NCBI GenBank assembly: GCA_964016885.1
Contig: OZ024750.1
Location: 26,722,001 to 26,786,000 of the forward strand
Reading direction: 5' to 3'
DNA length: 64,000 nucleotides
From: Eledone cirrhosa
Lineage: Eukaryota
Below, one piece after another: positions 29,094-42,077 of the stretch. The notes beneath the pieces were generated by a model. The model saw only the letters and a program-made list of their open reading frames with translations. It had not been told where the DNA came from and searched no databases. Each line of letters begins with the position of its first letter. Position 1 is the stretch's first letter. A program made the position numbers and the translations under genes.

Positions 29094-29280
29094 GGGCGGT
29101 GGATTGGCAGTATCGGTAGAGGGTCGGACGCCATGCTTTCCAGCATAGTTACGTCCCTTTACGATCTGAGTTCAAATCCCGCCGAGGTTGACTTTGCCTT
29201 TCATCCTTACGGGGTCGATAAAATAAAGTACCAGTAATGTACTGGGTAATTGCTGGCCTTGTGCCTAAAGTAGAAACAAT
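29094..29280 (+). mobile_element. Full-length SINE family A with target-site duplication
   Basis: tRNA-like head (TGGCAGTATCGG, GAGTTCAAATCC), Nin/Deu-like core; TSD TTATAATATAATGG on both sides. Confidence 0.92.
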
Positions 29281-30482
29281 TATAATATAATGGCATATAA
29301 CTTAACAAATCATATAGAGTTACAGTCCGGGTGAGAAAAAATATTGTACAGAACTAAATTATATTGGAAAAATTATGTTGGAAAAATATCAAAACCATTG
29401 CAAGAAAATAAATCAAATTTCTATACAGTTGGTGTAAATATATTATCAAAACATTACAAGAATTATAAAAATATAAACATATTACAGGATTTACAGAATT
29501 TAACATAACATAATGGTACATTTAATAATCGGTAAATAATAATGATCAGTAGTACGTTTACAAAGAGTGGAATGATATAAATTTCAATATAAAATATTGA
29601 ACATAGTATAATATACATAATTACATGGTTGGTGGAGAGACATTTGTGAATAAGTAAATGAGAGCCAGACAGACAGACTACGCACGGTAGTATATATAAA
29701 TAAATAAATACAATCAACCGGAAATCGAAAAACAAAAACAAAAGTATTTACTTAGGTGTCGCATGCAGTTAAGTAAAACATTTAGGAAACAAACCCGGAT
29801 AAATGACTAGAAAACCCCATTAAATTATTTAATATTGAAAGTACTTAAAATACATAATAAGTCCATACAAAATTAGCTATGGTTTAAGTAATCAAAACCC
29901 TTGAATTTAAAGATATCACTATAAAAATATATCTGGAAAAAATGAAATATTCAACTATCAGTTGAATAACGTTATCTAATAAACAGACTTTAAATAGTTA
30001 TGGTAGGCCAATGGGGACAGAAAAAAGAAATGTATGGAGGATATGAAAGAGCATAAAATCATAATCAACATACTGTATTATACAATAGAAAGGAGCGTAA
30101 AAGGGAATTGGATATAATTATAGTATATTTGAAGGGGCGAGTGACAAGTATGTATGTGTGTGTGTGTGTGTTGGGGGGGGGGGTTAGTTATCCAAAGAAG
30201 AATCCAAATAAAATAAATAGAATATTTATATTCTATTTATATTCTCTGTTTTAGCTCTAGTTTTTGCATTGGACTATATTTGTAATATGGTTCAAAATGT
30301 TACTTACTTCCTTAGCAATTTTCACTTGATAATTTTTTACTTGATAATTTTTTACTTGATAATTTTTATTTGATAATTTTTTACTTGATAATTTTTACCC
30401 GATTATTTTCCTATGATTTGTACACTCCATATTCTTCTGAGTGTTCGGCTTGTATTGGCTTATAGTGTTTCTTATAGCTTTA

Positions 30483-30527
30483 ATTGCCCTGATGAGTCCT
30501 TAATAGGACGAAATATTGTTGGCTAAT
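30483..30527 (+). ncRNA. Minimal hammerhead ribozyme
   Basis: GCC-CTGATGA-GTCC(TTAATA)GGAC-GAAA-TATTGTT-GGC; the half copy at 28503-28524 (-) retains GAAACATTGTT. Confidence 0.78.
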
Positions 30528-30595
30528 AAAGACTTTTGATGTATTGAAGGCTTCTTTGGTTTATTTTCATAATTGTATATCTATATATGTAGATT

Positions 30596-30631
<36 letters not shown>

Positions 30632-30762
30632 CATATATGTAGGAGGTGAGTTTTATTGTAGTACAATAAAGCAATGCAGATATCGGATAAGAAGCACTCT
30701 ACAGTTTGTGGGACTGGAGTATGCATAATATAAGATCAAAAGATGGTTAAAGGAGTTCCATA

Positions 30763-30833
30763 TATTTTATTATGCGCATTTCAAAAACAAACATCATCAA
30801 GCAATAATATTTGTGTTTTCATCAGATAAAACA
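30763..30833 (-). ncRNA. Hammerhead ribozyme
   Basis: TGTTTTAT-CTGATGA-stem II-GAAA-TGCGCATA-ATAAAATA. Confidence 0.72.
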
Positions 30834-31819
30834 GGAGAACATGATATGAAGGCTAAAAAACACTTGTTGATAGTGCAGTTTTAAATCAACATATGAAAAG
30901 TGGTTTTAGATTGATGTGTGATATTGGGAAAAATATTTTATTTAGAGAGGGGGGGGAGGATGAAAAGGGAAGGAGATGAGAGGGAGAGATGGGTGATAGA
31001 GAGAAAGAGATAGTTTTTATAACTGAGAGGAGATATATTTTTTACATAGAGGGGTTGAAAACCGTTGGAAGATACTGTATAAATTAAAAATTTTGAAAAT
31101 TAACGAAGGGAGGATATGTGCGAGGAAAAAATATTTTATTTAGGGAGGGGGGGGGGGGGTGGAAAGGATGAAAAAGGGGGGGAGGAGATGAGAGTGAAGG
31201 TGGAGAGGGAGAGATGGGTGATAGAGAGAAAGAGATAGTTTTTATAACTGAGAAAAAGATATATTGTTTTAATATAGAGAGGTTGGGAACCGTTGAAAGA
31301 TAATGTATAAATTAAAGGAATTTGAAAATTAACGAAGGGAAATTATGTATGAAGATAGAGAGAAAAAAATAATAATTGTGGGTGAATATTCTAACGTCAA
31401 AAGAAGAAATGTATGTATTGTGGCAATTTCAAAATTAGCGAAGAGAAAAATTGTTATGGTTTGTGTGTAGAAGGATTTGAGAAAAATAATGTGAAGTTAA
31501 AGTTTGTATATTGAATTGATATGTATTAATAATGAGTTCGTTGATGGGGAGAAAAAAATAATAATAAATTAAGGATGAAATTGAGATTAAAAAGATTTAT
31601 GATAGAGAGAAAAAATAATAATGATTGCGGATGAATATTCAAAATGTCAAAAACAAATGTTATTATTTTACGAGAAGATAGAATGAGGGTAATGAGTAAA
31701 CGAGTATTATAGAGTGTATAATGCCCTTTAAAGTAAGGTAAGGTAGATGGGTATATTTTAAAGAGGTGTATGTATATGTGCCTTTGAGAAAAGATTCTAA
31801 ATTGATAAAGAATTGAATA

Positions 31820-32345
31820 TTAACTGTATACTTTGTGAAAAGTTCTATGGAATTTATGCAGGCAGATAGAAAACAAATCTGAGCGTCTGTTTATTATAGA
31901 ATCTAGGTTAGAGATAATGGTAAATTTTTCATTTAGGCAGAGATTACAGATTTTAGATAGAGAGCTGTTCAAGTATGAGGATGCAGAAGAAATCTTTTTC
32001 CAAAAGATGTTATATTTAATGTTTTTGTCTTTTAAGGACCATATGAGTTCTGAGAGAGCAGTGTTAGTTCTTTTAAGTTTGTATTTGAAAGATGAATGAT
32101 GATTATAGAGACGAGCTTTAAAAGAGGTGGAAGTGCAGCCAAAATAGGTGAAGGAATTGGTGCTAGTTATAATTTTACATTCATAAATTAAGTTTTTATC
32201 GAGGCAATGGTTGTTGAGAGGACATTTATTTTTGATGCGGCAGTTGCAATTAGAGAGATTATTAATGAGTGATCTAGTGTTATCTATAGAAGGAATTGGA
32301 TTGGAGAAGTTGTTTGCGATAGGAATAATAGGAATAATAGTTTCT
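31820..32345 (-). pseudogene. Penelope-like GIY-YIG endonuclease C-terminal fragment
   Basis: CNCR..KCPLNNHCL..NLIY...YFGCT...FKARLYNH..SF...TALSELIW...CNLCLNEK...INRRSDL...CLH; homologous to 40760-41202. Confidence 0.85.
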
Positions 32346-32705
32346 TGATTTAGAGTTGGATTATGAACATTTAGCGAAGTTAAATGTTCATAATCCAACT
32401 CTAAATGTTCATAATCCAACTCTAAATGTTCATAATCCAACTCTAAATCACGCTTTTATATCTTTTACAAATATACACATCTTTTTACCTTATTTCAGTA
32501 TAATGCACTGGGTAATTGCTGGCCTTGTGCCAAAAGTAGAAACAATTATATTATACAATTTACTCATTCTATGTCGTTAGCGGCCCTCTATTTTTCTTCT
32601 ATTTTATCCTTTTTTCCATTCTTCCTTTTTTCTTTTTTAATTTCTAATCTTTAATCTGTAACTTTTACTTCTCAATTACTTCTTAATTCATATTATTACT
32701 CACAA

Positions 32706-32890
32706 GGGCGGTGGATTGGCAGTATCGGTAGAGGGTCGGACGCCATGCTTTCCAGCATAGTTACGTCCCTTTACGATCTGAGTTCAAATCCCGCCGAGGT
32801 TGACTTTGCCTTTCATCCTTACGGGGTCGATAAAATAAAGTACCAGTAATGCACTGGTAATTGCTGGCCTTGTGCCTAAAGTAGAAACAA
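32706..32890 (+). mobile_element. Full-length SINE family A nested in the PLE
   Basis: Nearly identical to 29094-29280; TSD ATTATTACTCAC. Confidence 0.92.
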
Positions 32891-33602
32891 TTATTACTCA
32901 CTGTAGCATTTTCGTTATATTCTTGGCCATACAAACTATATTTTTAATATATACTAATATTAGCATTAGTAAATTTTATAAACATATTTTTTTGACGTTA
33001 TATATATTTTCTTTCCTTAAATTTTTTACTTTCTTCTCTCCTTCCGTGCTCGTATTAAACCTATTATTTACTTTTTCATATTACAATACATAGAAACAAA
33101 CTTAGACCCTAACTAATTCCTCTAAGTTCATAATTCATTTAATTTATTCATCATTCACCTTATCTCCTTAATATTTTTATTTTAATAATACATATTAATA
33201 AATTCCTTTTCGCACATATTATTAAACCCTTCAATATATAAACCTTAAATAAATACTATTCTTAATTCCTTTTTCTTTAATCATAAACATCACCATTCAT
33301 AAACCTCATTAACTTTTAATTTCAAAATTTTTTTTAAATTATATATTATCTTACAACGGATTTTTTAAGTTCTCTCTGTGAGACAGTGTTTCTCAGTATT
33401 AAAGTATTAAAGTATTAATTTCTCATCCTTCCTTCTTATACTCCTCCCCTGTCATCCATTATTTTCTTTCTTCTTCTTCCTTACCTTTCCTTCCCCCTTC
33501 CTTCTTTTTTTCCCAATCTCATATATCCATCTTATTTTATTTTTCATATGTAGATTTAACACTTCACTGCTCGTGGTTTTTGAACTTCATATCATGTCTC
33601 CC

Positions 33603-33673
33603 TATTTTATCTGATGAGAACGCAAGTATCATCCCATGATGATATTTGTTTTTGAAATGCGCATAATAAAATA
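33603..33673 (+). ncRNA. Hammerhead ribozyme
   Basis: Stem I TATTTTAT/ATAAAATA; CTGATGA; stem II GCAAGTATCATC/GATGATATTTGT; GAAA; palindromic ATGCGCAT stem III; triplet ATA. Confidence 0.8.
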
Positions 33674-33701
33674 CATGGAACTATTTTAACCATCTTTTGA
33701 T

Positions 33702-33739
<38 letters not shown>

Positions 33740-33817
33740 GATAAGCAGAACAAGTAAAATTCAATCAATTTTTCAAAATACATTAAAAAATATAATATAA
33801 ATATTTACCTCTTCTAG

Positions 33818-33902
33818 TGGCCCTTACTGATCAGTTTCGCTTTGTAAAACCTCATAAATCCGATGGATTCATGATGGAAAACCAAAGCTCATCAGAGAAG
33901 CA
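33818..33902 (-). ncRNA. Hammerhead ribozyme, unit 1
   Basis: GCTTCT-CTGATGA-GCTTTG...CAAAGC-GAAA-CTGATCA-GTA^AGGGC; stem III palindrome ACTGATCAGT. Confidence 0.82.
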
Positions 33903-34302
33903 TTTTCCCATCCTAGGGCTAAACGTCCCAGGAACGACAAAATATACAACCTCCTGCCAGCTAATAAAGGTCTGAAAGGTCGTAAAAGTGACCCGTATGT
34001 AAACTGGACCGAAGTAAAAGCGGGAAAATCAAAGACTTGCTGTCTACAATTACTACTAAAGAAATAGCAGCCTAGTAAAGCAACAGATTTGTTCTCAACG
34101 GACGGAGAAAAAGGTATAAGTTAATATGTCCAGGGATACTAGGTACCCCTAGAAATACATAGGTTGTCTATGATTCAGGGTTGTTCAATGGTGTTAATTT
34201 GATACACCAGAACTTTAATATTAAGATAAGCAGAACAAGTAAAATTCAATCAATTTTTCAAAATACATTAAAAAATATAATATAAATATTTACCTCTTCT
34301 AG

Positions 34303-34387
34303 TGGCCCTTACTGATCAGTTTCGCTTTGTAAAACCTCATAAATCCGATGGATTCATGATGGAAAACCAAAGCTCATCAGAGAAGCA
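34303..34387 (-). ncRNA. Hammerhead ribozyme, unit 2
   Basis: Identical to unit 1, offset by 485 bp. Confidence 0.82.
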
Positions 34388-35612
34388 TTTTCCCATCCTA
34401 GGGCTAAACGTCCCAGGAACGACAAAATATACAACCTCCTGCCAGCTAATAAAGGTCTGAAAGGTCGTAAAAGTGACCCGTATGTAAACTGGACCGAAGT
34501 AAAAGCGGGAAAATCAAAGACTTGCTGTCTACAATTACTACTAAAGAAATAGCAGCCTAGTAAAGCAACAGATTTGTTCTCAACGGACGGAGAAAAAGGT
34601 ATAAGTTAATATGTCCAGGGATACTAGGTACCCCTAGAAATACATAGGTTGTCTATGATTCAGGGTTGTTCAATGGTGTTAATTTGATACACCAGAACTT
34701 TATATATATATATATAAATGTAATCTGAGTTTTTCGAATATTAATAATAACATTCGATTTGTTTGAAATTATGCAAACAAGCCTGAATTTTATTGGCATG
34801 TCAGTGGAATGAACACTTCATTCTTGCTCCTGTGTTGGCATGCGAACAGAACTGCAGACACTAATGTTTCTGGGTATCACCCTTCATCCTTCATGTCCAT
34901 GTTTGCGTATATTTAGCTGTAATAATCTCCCGGTCTTCTTCCTTCTATTTCTTTTTTCTTTTTTCCTTTCTCTTTCTCTTTCTTCATATTTCTCTGTTTC
35001 TTTCTTCATCTTTCTTTCTTTTCTCTACCTTCACTATTTCTATCCCCACTCTCTTCTTTCTATCTGTATCTCTATTATTACTACTATTTTGATGTGATAG
35101 TTTGAACTCGTAAATTTGCCGGTTACGTATTTATTTGTATTTTTTTCTCTCGTTCGTCTTTTCTCCTCCCCTCCTTTCCATCTATCCTCCTCCTTCTGTG
35201 TCTCTCTATATCTTTATTATTAATATTAATATTGATGTGGTAATTTGAATTTGTAAATTTACCGTTACGCATATTTCTTTTATTTTCTCTTGGTCTCTGG
35301 CGAAATGATGGAGATAACATGTATTATAAATTGAGTGACACTGCCTTCTGTGTTTAGCAATTTTTAGACAACTCTATCATAGAAACAATTGTTAGACTGT
35401 AAATAAATTTCCTTGTTTGTACTGTGACCATGTTATTCAATTTTTCAATTTTATTACTCAAAGATATACTTACACAGGAATACAAGTGATGTCATAAACT
35501 CGTCATACACGTAAACTTCTTGTTGAGTCTTTCAACGCAGTACGCTTAAACTCTTCATGATAAGAATTTTTCACAACCTCTAATCGGATTACCTTTAATG
35601 ATAACTTGTTAT

Positions 35613-35704
<92 letters not shown>

Positions 35705-36211
35705 TAATAGGATAACAGTTTTTCGAATATTAATAACATTCGATTCGCTTGCAATTATGCAAACAAGCCTCAATTTTATAGCCATGACAGTAGAATGAAC
35801 ACTTCATTCTTGCTCCTGTGTTGGCAGACACTAATGTTTCTGGGTATCACCCTTCATCAGTACAGCCTACTGTTCTCCTGCAAAACCCTCAGAGCCAGTG
35901 AAAATATATGCTATTTTCAAAAATACGCAGTGACTCATTGGCCTCATTTGCATATCAGCAGACTGGCCAGTCAGTTTCCTGTATACGAGAGATAAATGGC
36001 CAAAATTGCCAAATTTAAATAAAAGAGACAATTTATATATACAAATATATATACAATAAAGCATGCAGCTCCATTCTCCTTCGCTGTCTCCTCCCCCCTC
36101 ACTCTATGTCCCTCTTTCAATCTACTCTCTTACCACCACTATCTCTTTCTCTCTATCTTTCACTCTCTCTTGTGTGTGTGGGTGCATAGTGGGTGCAGGT
36201 GTGCGCGTGCA

Positions 36212-36242
<31 letters not shown>

Positions 36243-36278
36243 ATGATGTTTAATATAGAAATCTTATATATATTTCAG

Positions 36279-36413
36279 AATGCCCAATAGGAAAGTTTGG
36301 TGTTAATTGTACAGGGACATGCCATTGTATCAACAAGACAAACTGTTACCATGTAAGTGGAAGATGTTCAGATGGATGTTCTGCAGGTTATACTGGTGAC
36401 AATTGCCAAGAAG
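36279..36413 (+). CDS. Exon encoding a MEGF10/Draper/SCARF-type EGF repeat
   Basis: tttcag|...|gtatat, 135 nt, phase 1-1; xCPIGKFGVNCTGTCHCINKTNCYHVSGRCSDGCSAGYTGDNCQE. Confidence 0.88.
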
Positions 36414-36567
36414 GTATATCATAAACTTATTACGTAATTACTATAATTACTATATACACACACACACAGATATATATATGTGTATGTGTGTGGGGGCAGG
36501 GGGTACGGGTGTGTATGTGCATGAGTTTGTGTGTGTAAATATGATGTTTAATATAGAAATCTTTCAG

Positions 36568-36702
36568 ATTGCTCAGTAGGAAGGTTTGGTGTTACTTGTA
36601 AAGGGACATGCCATTGTAACGACAACACAAACTGTGACATCCTTAATGGAAGATGTTCAGATGGATGTACTGCAAATTATTTTGGTGACAATTGCCAAGA
36701 AC
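36568..36702 (+). CDS. EGF-repeat exon 2
   Basis: tttcag|...|gtatat, 135 nt; DCSVGRFGVTCKGTCHCNDNTNCDILNGRCSDGCTANYFGDNCQE. Confidence 0.86.
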
Positions 36703-36729
36703 GTATATCATAAACTTGTTACGTATTTA

Positions 36730-36857
<128 letters not shown>

Positions 36858-37974
36858 TTCAATCTAGATTCTCACTTGTAAATTTTTTTATTTTTAATTC
36901 CTGATTATTTATTTTTAATTTTAAGTTTTAACTTCCAACCCTCATTCGTAATTTGCACTGTGAAACCATAATACCTAGAATTAAGTATATTTTCTCTTAT
37001 AGGTTGATGGTCAATTCTAATGTCCATGCTTAATGTAGGGTAGTATTGAGACCTTTTGATACTCACACTCTCCCAACCCCACTAGCTTTCGGCTGACTGC
37101 CACTGACGGGGTCGATAGCAGTAAACTATATATTACAGGCCTGAATAGGTTTCGTTGACGGGGGAACTGCCTAGGCGAATTTCGTTGAGCTCTGAGGTAG
37201 CTGATGGTCAACTTCCTTCGGACCTGCGCCTGCGCAGACAGGTGGGGGTTAATTGGTACTCACAAGGGACGGACGAAGAACCAAAAGAGCACACACTTCG
37301 TCCGTTCCCATGTCGATTCAATTTGGATTGCCTCGGAAACATAACGTTATTATGTAACATGCTGTCTGACGATGTCGCGGCACTGGCGCACGGAATAGTC
37401 TATACACTGTCGCCATTGAAATATGTATCACAGCATTATTATTAAAGGACTTTAACACCTGAAACTGCTTCTCTTTTCATTATTCGATATTTACTCCGTC
37501 AATCCTATGTGGTACGTTGAGTCCTTCAATTGAATTGCATCAATATTTTCCCTTAAGTATGCTATTTTCAAAAATACACAGTGACTTATCGGCCTAATTT
37601 GCATATTAGCAGACTGGATGATCAGTCAGATCTGCATATTAGCCAGATTTGCATATCAGCAGACTGGCCAGTCAGTTTCCTGTATACGAGAGATAAATGG
37701 CCGACTTTGCCAAATTTAAATAAAAGAGACAAATTATATATACAAATATATACACAACAAAGCCTGCAGCTCCATACTCCTTCGCTGTCTCCTCTCCCTC
37801 TCTCTATGTCCCTCTTTCAATCTACTCTCTTACCACCACTATCTCTTTCTCTCTATCTTTCACTCTCTCTTGCGTGTGTGGGTGTGTGGTGGGTGTAGGT
37901 GTGTGCGTGCATGTGTGTGTGTGTGTGTGTCTGTAAATATGATGTTTAATATAGAAATCTTATATATATTTCAG

Positions 37975-38109
37975 AATGCCCAATAGGAAAGTTTGGTTTT
38001 TATTGTATAGGGATATGCCATTGTATCAACAACACAAACTGTGACCAGCGAAATGGAAGATGTTCAGATGGATGTAATGCAGGTTATACTGATTACAATT
38101 GCCAAGAAG
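37975..38109 (+). CDS. EGF-repeat exon 3
   Basis: tttcag|...|gtatat, 135 nt; xCPIGKFGFYCIGICHCINNTNCDQRNGRCSDGCNAGYTDYNCQE. Confidence 0.86.
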
Positions 38110-38341
38110 GTATATCATAAACTTGTTACATAATTACTATAATTACTATATACACATAGTAAAGGATAAAGATTTAAAATATTAAAATTAAAATTAAAGT
38201 TTAAATTAAAATTTAAAAAATTTATGATCATATATGTATATAATATGAGAAATTTTAATATAAAAAATAAAAAATATTAAAATTAAAGTTGAAATTAAAA
38301 TTTTAAAAATGTAAGATCATATATGTATATAATATAAGAAA

Positions 38342-41300
38342 TTGGAAATAATGAACGATGGAAAGCCTTCCACTTCGACCGTGCGGGTGCTGCTGACGCC
38401 GGAAGTACAGCAAACAGATATGGATTTACCACCTGCAAGAACCCTCGACACAACATCCTGCTGGACCCTTTTGAGAAAGATCTATTTAACCTCGTCAGGA
38501 GCATTAAATTCAATAAGCATTATAGACACAAGAATAATTTCCTCACAAAATTAGCAACAACTATAAAAAAATTTTAAAATAGCCACCTCTTACATGTTAT
38601 GTCTGACAAAACTAAAAATTTATACACCATAACTTCTGAAACTACAACTCTTTCCTTCTTAAGGAACTTAATAAAAACTATAAAAAAAACTTGAGCTCAT
38701 AGTGATGTCAAAGTTGTCTGTTCTGTCTTTTCTAGTCCAGAGTGCTTCGTTGAATTCAATGATGGTCTGCCTAGCCATAAGTATGATGTCAATCTCATTA
38801 TTGGTTATATCAGAGTTGGTGCTGGCGAGGGTTAATGCTTTGTTGAGCAGTTAAGGGGTAGTTGAAGCGTAATAGCTGTTAATTTCAAATTGGATGAACC
38901 TCATATATTCCTTGGACCTTAGATCGGAGAACCATATAATGACTTGGCCGGTGTTGGACCACAGCTTGTAGGTGATATCATCTCGTAGCCCAGGGATGAT
39001 CCTATCAAGGATGTTCTTACTGATACGATCCAAGTCGGATGTGGTTGGGCTTATAAGTCTAATAGATGGGTTCTCTATAAAGTTTGGCTTGTGATCCTTG
39101 AGAGAAAACCTTGGGGTTGTAGGTACATAAGGGTGGGTAAATCTATCCAGATGCAAGCCCTTAACCAAAGCCTGGGCTTTTCGGTTAAGTAAGTTTACAC
39201 TGGAAGGTATAGTTTTTTTAATAGTTTTTATTAAGTTCCTTAAGAAGGAAAGAGTTGTAGTTTCAGGGGTTATGGTGTATAGATTTTTAGTTTTGTCAGA
39301 CATAACATGTAAGAGGTGGCTATCTTTAAATTTTTTTATAGTTGTTGCTAATTTTGTGAGGAAATTATTCTTGTGTCTATAATTTATTGTGTCTTATTGA
39401 ATTTAATGCTCCTGACGAGGCTAAATAGATCTTTCTCAAAAGGGCCCAGCAGGATGTTGTGTGGAGGGTTCTTGCAGGTGGTAAATCCATATCTGTTTGC
39501 TGTACTTCTGGCGTCAGCAGCACCCGCACGGTCGAAGTGGAAGGCTTTCCATCGTATTCTTCGGATGAAAGAGTTGACACTCTGTATTAGGAGTTTGAGG
39601 TATGTCTTCCTGTCCGGGATAGGTATGGACTTAAGTGACTTTGACATCACGATGGGCTCAAGTGACTCTGCGCAAATCACCGATTTAGTTGGAATATACC
39701 TATTACATAACATCAGAGTCGAAATCCAACCATTGCAAGGCGGAATATATAGGGACGACGCCCTATTTGCAGTCCACAATTGCACTAATCGAGGCATTGA
39801 CTTGCTCAAAAATCAATTACACAGATTGTTTAAAAATAACGGTCTCTCTATCACCATCGAGCCGAACCATAAAGTAGTAAACTTCCTAGACGTTACCCTG
39901 GATCTTAACAATAACCTATATTACCCTTACCATAAACCAGGTGAAATACTTACATATATTAGCCCACACTCTAACCACCCACCGGCAGTCATCAGAGCAC
40001 TAATCAAATCTATCTCATATAGGATCTCCATGCTATCAGCAAATGAGGAGATATTTATAAACCACGCAGCATATTATACTAAGGCTCTTTCTGAATCTGG
40101 TTATGAACAGTCCATTTACTACATACCTAAATGCCATAACACAGTCATTCACCACAACCATAATAAACTTAACACTAGAACTAGAAAGACCTTAGCATAT
40201 AGCCAGATTCGCCGGAATTTTAGCAGTAACAGCACTTATACAGGGAACCTTAATAGTGGCAGTGGCCTGCTTCCCATTTCAAGTAGCAAATTAAAAATCA
40301 ACCCTAGAATAGGAATGAGCAATGGGATGACAAATAACAAACGCCCAGGTAATAATAACCCTATGAACCCCCCTACCAACTCCACTAGTACCCCTAGAAG
40401 GAAATGGCCTAGAAATATCACCTGGCTTAACCCCCATTCTCATCTAATCTAGCCACTAATATCCCTAAACGGTTCTTCTCTATCCTATCTAAACATTTCC
40501 CCTCCAACCATAGATATTACAAACTCTTTAATAAAAATAACATTAAAATCTCATTCTAAACAACACCTAACCTAGCTAGCCACATCGCATTTAGTAACCA
40601 TCATAAACTAAGACAGTATAACTCCCACACCGCGGTACCCCCCCCCCCCATCAAATACACCACGCCACTACACCAATACTTACTCTAGTAGCACACCCAC
40701 ATCTAATCCTTCTAGCACTGACCAACCGCTTAGGTTAAACAACCCTACTCTCACTAACGGCAGAAGTAACTGCAACTGCCGTTACCCTAATGCATGCCCA
40801 CTAAATGGACATTGCCTGACACCCAACATAGTCTATAGGTGCATGGTTAAAACTGCTTCGCAGACCAGCTCTTATATCGGGTCTACCTATAACCTTTTTA
40901 AAATACGCTATAATGCGCACTCTTTTTCCTTCCGAGACCCTAACAACAGATGTTCGACATCTCTATCTAGGCTCATTAAAAACCTTAAATTAACCAACAT
41001 TGAACACTCACTAACATGGGATATCTTGCTTAGGGCCCAACCGTTCAATGGACGAAGAAAATCTTGTGAACTCTGTCTTACCGAAGCATATTACATAACT
41101 CTATCACGACCACTACTGATTAACGATAGAACGGAGGTAACTATTAGCTGTCAACATCGAAGGGCTAATTCCTTCGCCAACAGAATATTTGACCCAACAT
41201 AGTCATCTAGCCCCATTTTTACTTGTAGCTAATAAGTTAAATAGCTATAAATAACTTAGATAATTATAAGTTACCTCCCTTACATTGTCTCTCAATTAAA

Positions 41301-41820
41301 AAATAAAAAAGTTAGCACTTAACTATAAACTACCCACAATTTCTAATTTCTCGAGGAGTTACTTCCCCTGAAACCACCCTCTAATTAGTAAGGTAAATAT
41401 GTCCATTGGCGGCCATCTTGTTACCCATAGGAAGATCTCACACAATGCAGCCTATGGGTAACAAAATGGAAGAATACTGCTCCACTATGGCAGACAAGTA
41501 ATATAACCAGGACACCATAGTGAAATACCAACATATGGAACATTACATTTATGTAACATTCTTTCCTTATTTTAATTTATATTCCTTTTGAAGTTCCGAT
41601 GAGCTGCTCTATTTTTACCTATGTTAATTATTTTCAACTGAACCAGATCAATAATGATATATAATCATTTGATCCAGAAATATTATATGGAAAAGCGAAA
41701 CAATTGTAAACGGACATTATTATTATTATTCTCTACGCTCCTTACATCAAACTAAAATATGTTGACAATCTTTTAATAATGTCTTCCTTGTGAAATCTGT
41801 GATCTTGTTTTACTTACTAA
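38342..41820 (+). mobile_element. Penelope-like element (RT + C-terminal GIY-YIG, Nematis-like by recalled motifs) with inverted 5' third
   Basis: Minus piece 38691-39622: PIPDRKTY..LI..RIRWKAFHF, SDKT.NLY, LKDHKPNF...RLISP. Plus piece 39637-41202: FDITMGS, YRDD, VNFLDVTLDL, SNHPP, CNCR..CPLNGHCL, YIGST, CELCL.E. Confidence 0.9.
41593..41711 (+). ncRNA. Degenerate hammerhead in the PLE 3' repeat
   Basis: GTT-CCGATGA-GCT...AGC-GAAA-CAATT-GTA^AAC; U4 is replaced by C and stem II is long. Confidence 0.55.
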
Positions 41821-41916
<96 letters not shown>

Positions 41917-42030
41917 AAGAATGAAGTGTTTGTTCATTCTACTGACATGGCTATATAATTGAGGCCTGTTTGCATAATTGCAAACGAATCGAATGTTATT
42001 AATATTCGAAAACCTTAGATTACATTTATA

Positions 42031-42077
<47 letters not shown>

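Larger units (their letters stand above)
28452..30573. mobile_element. Penelope-type fold-back insertion with inverted termini
   Basis: 28452-28641 matches the reverse complement of 30244-30573 (left arm internally deleted); contains 16 bp TTATCAAGTAAAAAA repeats and a hammerhead in the right arm. Confidence 0.68.
30728..33708. mobile_element. Palindromic Penelope-like element remnant
   Basis: Diverged inverted termini (30728-~31100 vs ~33300-33708), each with a hammerhead; GIY-YIG coding remnant in the left arm; hairpin junction at 32349-32405. Confidence 0.8.
33732..34701 (-). mobile_element. Tandem dimer of a 485 bp hammerhead-containing unit (retrozyme/pLTR-like)
   Basis: 33732-34216 and 34217-34701 appear identical; flanked by (TA)n; no ORF. 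Confidence 0.8.

Noticed and set aside
39373-39630. N-terminus of the 359 aa ORF as real protein
   Set aside because: It is the antisense of the inverted PLE segment; the true RT frame starts near 39637.
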